A DNA stretch of 35,821 nt from a virus (Duplodnaviria > Heunggongvirae > Uroviricota > Caudoviricetes). The position numbers and the translations under genes are program-made. Positions within the stretch are counted from its first letter, which is position 1. Each line of letters begins with the position of its first letter. This document shows positions 33,254 to 35,821 of this stretch, piece by piece. The DNA is taken from IMG/VR virus record IMGVR_UViG_2698536369_000023; one strand, given 5' to 3'. The notes under the pieces were generated by a model. The model was not told the origin of the DNA and did not search any database. It saw only the letters and a program-made list of their open reading frames with translations.

Positions 33254-33951
33254 TGCAGGATATACAGCAGGAAACACTCAATGAGTGCACTAAAACGGAG
33301 CAATCCGCGCTGGTCGTGCTCTGGGAAATTGATCTGACAGAGGTCGGCGGAGATCGTTATTTCTTCTGTAATGAGCAGAACGAAAAAGGTGAAGCAGTCA
33401 CCTGGCAGGGGCGGCAGTATCAGGCCTATCCCATTCAGGGAAGTGGATTTGAGATGAACGGCAAAGGAGCCAGTGCAAGGCCAACGCTGAAAGTCTCTAA
33501 TATGCACGGCATGGTCACAGGGATGGCGGAAGATCTGCAGAGTCTGGTCGGCGGAACGGTGGTCCGGCGTAAGGTTTACGCCCGTTTTCTGGATGCGGTG
33601 AACTTCGTCAACGGAAACAGCGAAGCCGATCCGGAGCAGGAGGTAATCAGCCGCTGGCGCATCGAGCAGTGCAGCGAACTGAGCGCGGTGAGTGCCTCCT
33701 TTGTACTGTCCACGCCGACGGAAACGGATGGCGCTGTTTTTCCGGGGCGCATCATGCTGGCCAACACCTGCACCTGGACCTATCGTGGTGATGAGTGTGG
33801 TTATAGCGGTCCGGCGGTCGCGGATGAATATGACCAGCCGACGTCCGATATCACGAAGGATAAATGCAGCAAATGCCTGAGTGGCTGTAAGTTTCGCAAT
33901 AATGTCGGCAACTTTGGCGGCTTCCTTTCCATTAACAAACTTTCGCAGTAA
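33253..33951 (+). CDS. L: Minor tail protein L
   Basis: 232 aa with C-terminal Cys cluster (CSKCLSGCKF); lambda L-like order and size. Confidence 0.8.
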   Translation: MQDIQQETLNECTKTEQSALVVLWEIDLTEVGGDRYFFCNEQNEKGEAVTWQGRQYQAYPIQGSGFEMNGKGASARPTLKVSNMHGMVTGMAEDLQSLVGGTVVRRKVYARFLDAVNFVNGNSEADPEQEVISRWRIEQCSELSAVSASFVLSTPTETDGAVFPGRIMLANTCTWTYRGDECGYSGPAVADEYDQPTSDITKDKCSKCLSGCKFRNNVGNFGGFLSINKLSQ

Positions 33952-33956
33952 ATCCC

Positions 33957-34700
33957 ATGACAGAGACAGAATCAGCGATTCTGGCGCACGCCCGGCGATG
34001 TGCGCCAGCGGAGTCGTGCGGCTTCGTGGTGAGAACGCCGGAGGAGGAAAGATATTTTCCCTGCGTGAATATCTCCGGTGAACCGGAGGATTATTTCCGG
34101 ATGGCTCCGGAGGACTGGCTGCAGGCCAAAATGCAGGGTGAGATTGTGGCGCTGGTCCACAGCCACCCCGGTGGTCTGCCCTGGCTGAGTGAGGCTGACC
34201 GGCGGCTGCAGGTGCAGAGTGATTTGCCGTGGTGGCTGGTCTGCCGGGGTGAGATTCACAAGTTCCGCTGTGTGTCGCATCTCACCGGGCGTCGCTTTGA
34301 GTACGGGGTGACGGACTGTTACACGCTGTTCCGGGATGCTTACCATCTGGCGGGGATTGAGATGCCGGATTTTCATCGCGGGGATGACTGGTGGCGTAAC
34401 GGCCAGAATCTCTATCTTGACAATATGGAGGCGACTGGTTTTTACCGTGTCGCACTGACAGAGGCGCAGCCGGGCGATGTGCTGCTGTGCTGCTTTGGAT
34501 CATCGGTGCCGAATCATGCCGCCATTTACTGTGGCGGCGGCGAGCTGCTGCACCATATTCCTGAACAACTGAGCAAACGAGAGAGGTATACCGACAAATG
34601 GCAGCGACGCACACACTCCCTCTGGCGTCACCGGGCATGGCACGCATCTGCCTTTACGGGGATTTGCAACGATTTGGCCGCCGCATCGACCTTCGTGTGA
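33957..34700 (+). CDS. K: Tail assembly protein K (JAB/MPN plus NlpC/P60-like)
   Basis: 247 aa with HSHPGG (JAMM-like) and later Cys/His residues; lambda K-like. Confidence 0.8.
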   Translation: MTETESAILAHARRCAPAESCGFVVRTPEEERYFPCVNISGEPEDYFRMAPEDWLQAKMQGEIVALVHSHPGGLPWLSEADRRLQVQSDLPWWLVCRGEIHKFRCVSHLTGRRFEYGVTDCYTLFRDAYHLAGIEMPDFHRGDDWWRNGQNLYLDNMEATGFYRVALTEAQPGDVLLCCFGSSVPNHAAIYCGGGELLHHIPEQLSKRERYTDKWQRRTHSLWRHRAWHASAFTGICNDLAAASTFV

Positions 34701-35245
34701 AAACGGGGGCCGAAGCCATCCGGGCGCTGGCCACACAGCTCCCGGCGTTTCGTCAGAAACTGAATGAGGGCTGGTATCAGGTGCGCATTGCCGGGCGTGA
34801 TGCAGGCGAAAATGAATTATCTGCCCGTCTTAATGAGCCGCTGGCAAATGGTGCCGTGATCCACATCGTGCCGCGTCTGGCGGGAGCTAAAAGTGGCGGT
34901 GTGTTTCAGGTGGTGCTTGGGGCGGCGCTGATTGCGGTGGCATGGTGGAACCCTGTGGGCTGGCTGGGGGCCGCGGCTGTATCGGGCATGTATGCGGCAG
35001 GGGCCAGTATGATCCTGGGCGGAGTGGCGCAGATGCTGGCACCGAAAGCCAGGACGCCCACGGCAGCCAGTACAGATAACGGCAAACAGAACACCTATTT
35101 TTCCTCACTGGATAACATGGTTGCTCAGGGCAATGTTTTGCCTGTTCTGTACGGTGAAATGCGTGTGGGGTCGCGGGTGGTTTCTCAGGAGATCAGCACG
35201 GCAGACGAAGGGGACGGTGGTCAGGTTGTGGTGATTGGTCGCTGA
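34598..35245 (+). CDS. I: Tail assembly protein I
   Basis: Starts MAATHTLPLASPGMARICLYGDLQRFGRRIDL..., matching recalled lambda I; overlaps the K end as in lambda. Confidence 0.8.
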   Translation: MAATHTLPLASPGMARICLYGDLQRFGRRIDLRVKTGAEAIRALATQLPAFRQKLNEGWYQVRIAGRDAGENELSARLNEPLANGAVIHIVPRLAGAKSGGVFQVVLGAALIAVAWWNPVGWLGAAAVSGMYAAGASMILGGVAQMLAPKARTPTAASTDNGKQNTYFSSLDNMVAQGNVLPVLYGEMRVGSRVVSQEISTADEGDGGQVVVIGR

Positions 35246-35263
35246 TGCAAAATGTTTTATGTG

Positions 35264-35287
35264 AAACCGCCTGCGGGCGGTTTTGTC
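35264..35287 (+). terminator. Terminator-like hairpin between I and J
   Basis: AAACCGCC-TGCG-GGCGGTTT hairpin followed by a T-rich stretch (TTTTGTCGTTT). Confidence 0.5.
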
Positions 35288-35305
35288 GTTTATGGAGCGT
35301 GAGGA

Positions 35306-35821
35306 ATGGGTAAAGGCAGCAGTAAGGGGCATACCCCGCGCGAAGCGAAGGACAACCTGAAATCATCCCAGATGCTGAGCGTGATAGACGCCATCAGTGA
35401 AGGGCCGATTGAAGGTCCGGTGGACGGATTAAAAAGTGTGCTGCTGAACAGTACGCCAGTGCTGGACAGTGAGGGGAATACCAATATCTCCGGTGTCACG
35501 GTGGTTTTCCGGGCAGGTGAGCAGGAGCAGACACCGCCGGAGGGATTTGAATCCTCCGGCTCCGAGACGGTGCTGGGTACGGAAGTGAAGTGCGACACGC
35601 CGATTACCCGGACCATCACGTCTGCAAACATCGACCGTCTGCGCTTTACCTTCGGTGTGCAGGCACTGGTGGAAACCACCTCAAAGGGGGACCGGAATCC
35701 GTCGGAAGTCCGCCTGCTGGTTCAGATACAGCGTAACGGTGGCTGGGTGACGGAAAAAGACATCACCATTAAGGGCAAAACCACCTCGCAGTATCTGGCC
35801 TCGGTGGTGGTGGATAACCTG
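35306..35821 (+). CDS. J: Host specificity / central tail fibre protein J (N-terminal fragment; truncated by window end)
   Basis: Begins MGKGSSKGHTPREAKDNLKS..., a lambda J-like N-terminus; GAGG RBS; the ORF runs off the window. Confidence 0.85.
   Translation, partial: MGKGSSKGHTPREAKDNLKSSQMLSVIDAISEGPIEGPVDGLKSVLLNSTPVLDSEGNTNISGVTVVFRAGEQEQTPPEGFESSGSETVLGTEVKCDTPITRTITSANIDRLRFTFGVQALVETTSKGDRNPSEVRLLVQIQRNGGWVTEKDITIKGKTTSQYLASVVVDNL

Overview
This window is a near-contiguous stretch of a mosaic lambdoid prophage of an E. coli-like enterobacterium. All assignments are from reading the sequence and the supplied ORF track; nothing was searched or computed externally, and family names come from recalled motifs and sequences. 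Reading left to right: integrase, excisionase and a large orphan exonuclease on the minus strand; a Qin-like dicB operon (ydfA-ydfB-ydfC-DicF sRNA-dicB-ydfD) as the leftward early operon; an HTH repressor co-transcribed with a ParE-family toxin-antitoxin pair (PaaR2-PaaA2-ParE2-like) in the position lambda gives to rexAB; a divergent Cro-like/YdaT-like early right operon; a replication initiator carrying origin iterons and a DnaC-like loader; a nin-like region (Dam-like methyltransferase, Ead/Ea22-like, hok type I toxin, DUF968, RusA, QuuD-type Q); four tRNAs; a phage-21-type lysis cassette (pinholin, SAR endolysin, Rz/Rz1); HNH endonuclease and terminase; HK97-like head genes; and a lambda-like tail module (V, G/GT with an A-AAA-AAG slippery site, tape measure, M, L, K, I, start of J). 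The strongest candidate for an undescribed system is an AT-rich three-gene cassette (16412-17926, minus strand) of predicted membrane-associated proteins with no recognisable homology, inserted between Q and the tRNA/lysis region and convergent with Q. A second unassigned insert is a convergent pair of small genes between holin and endolysin (19013-19552).
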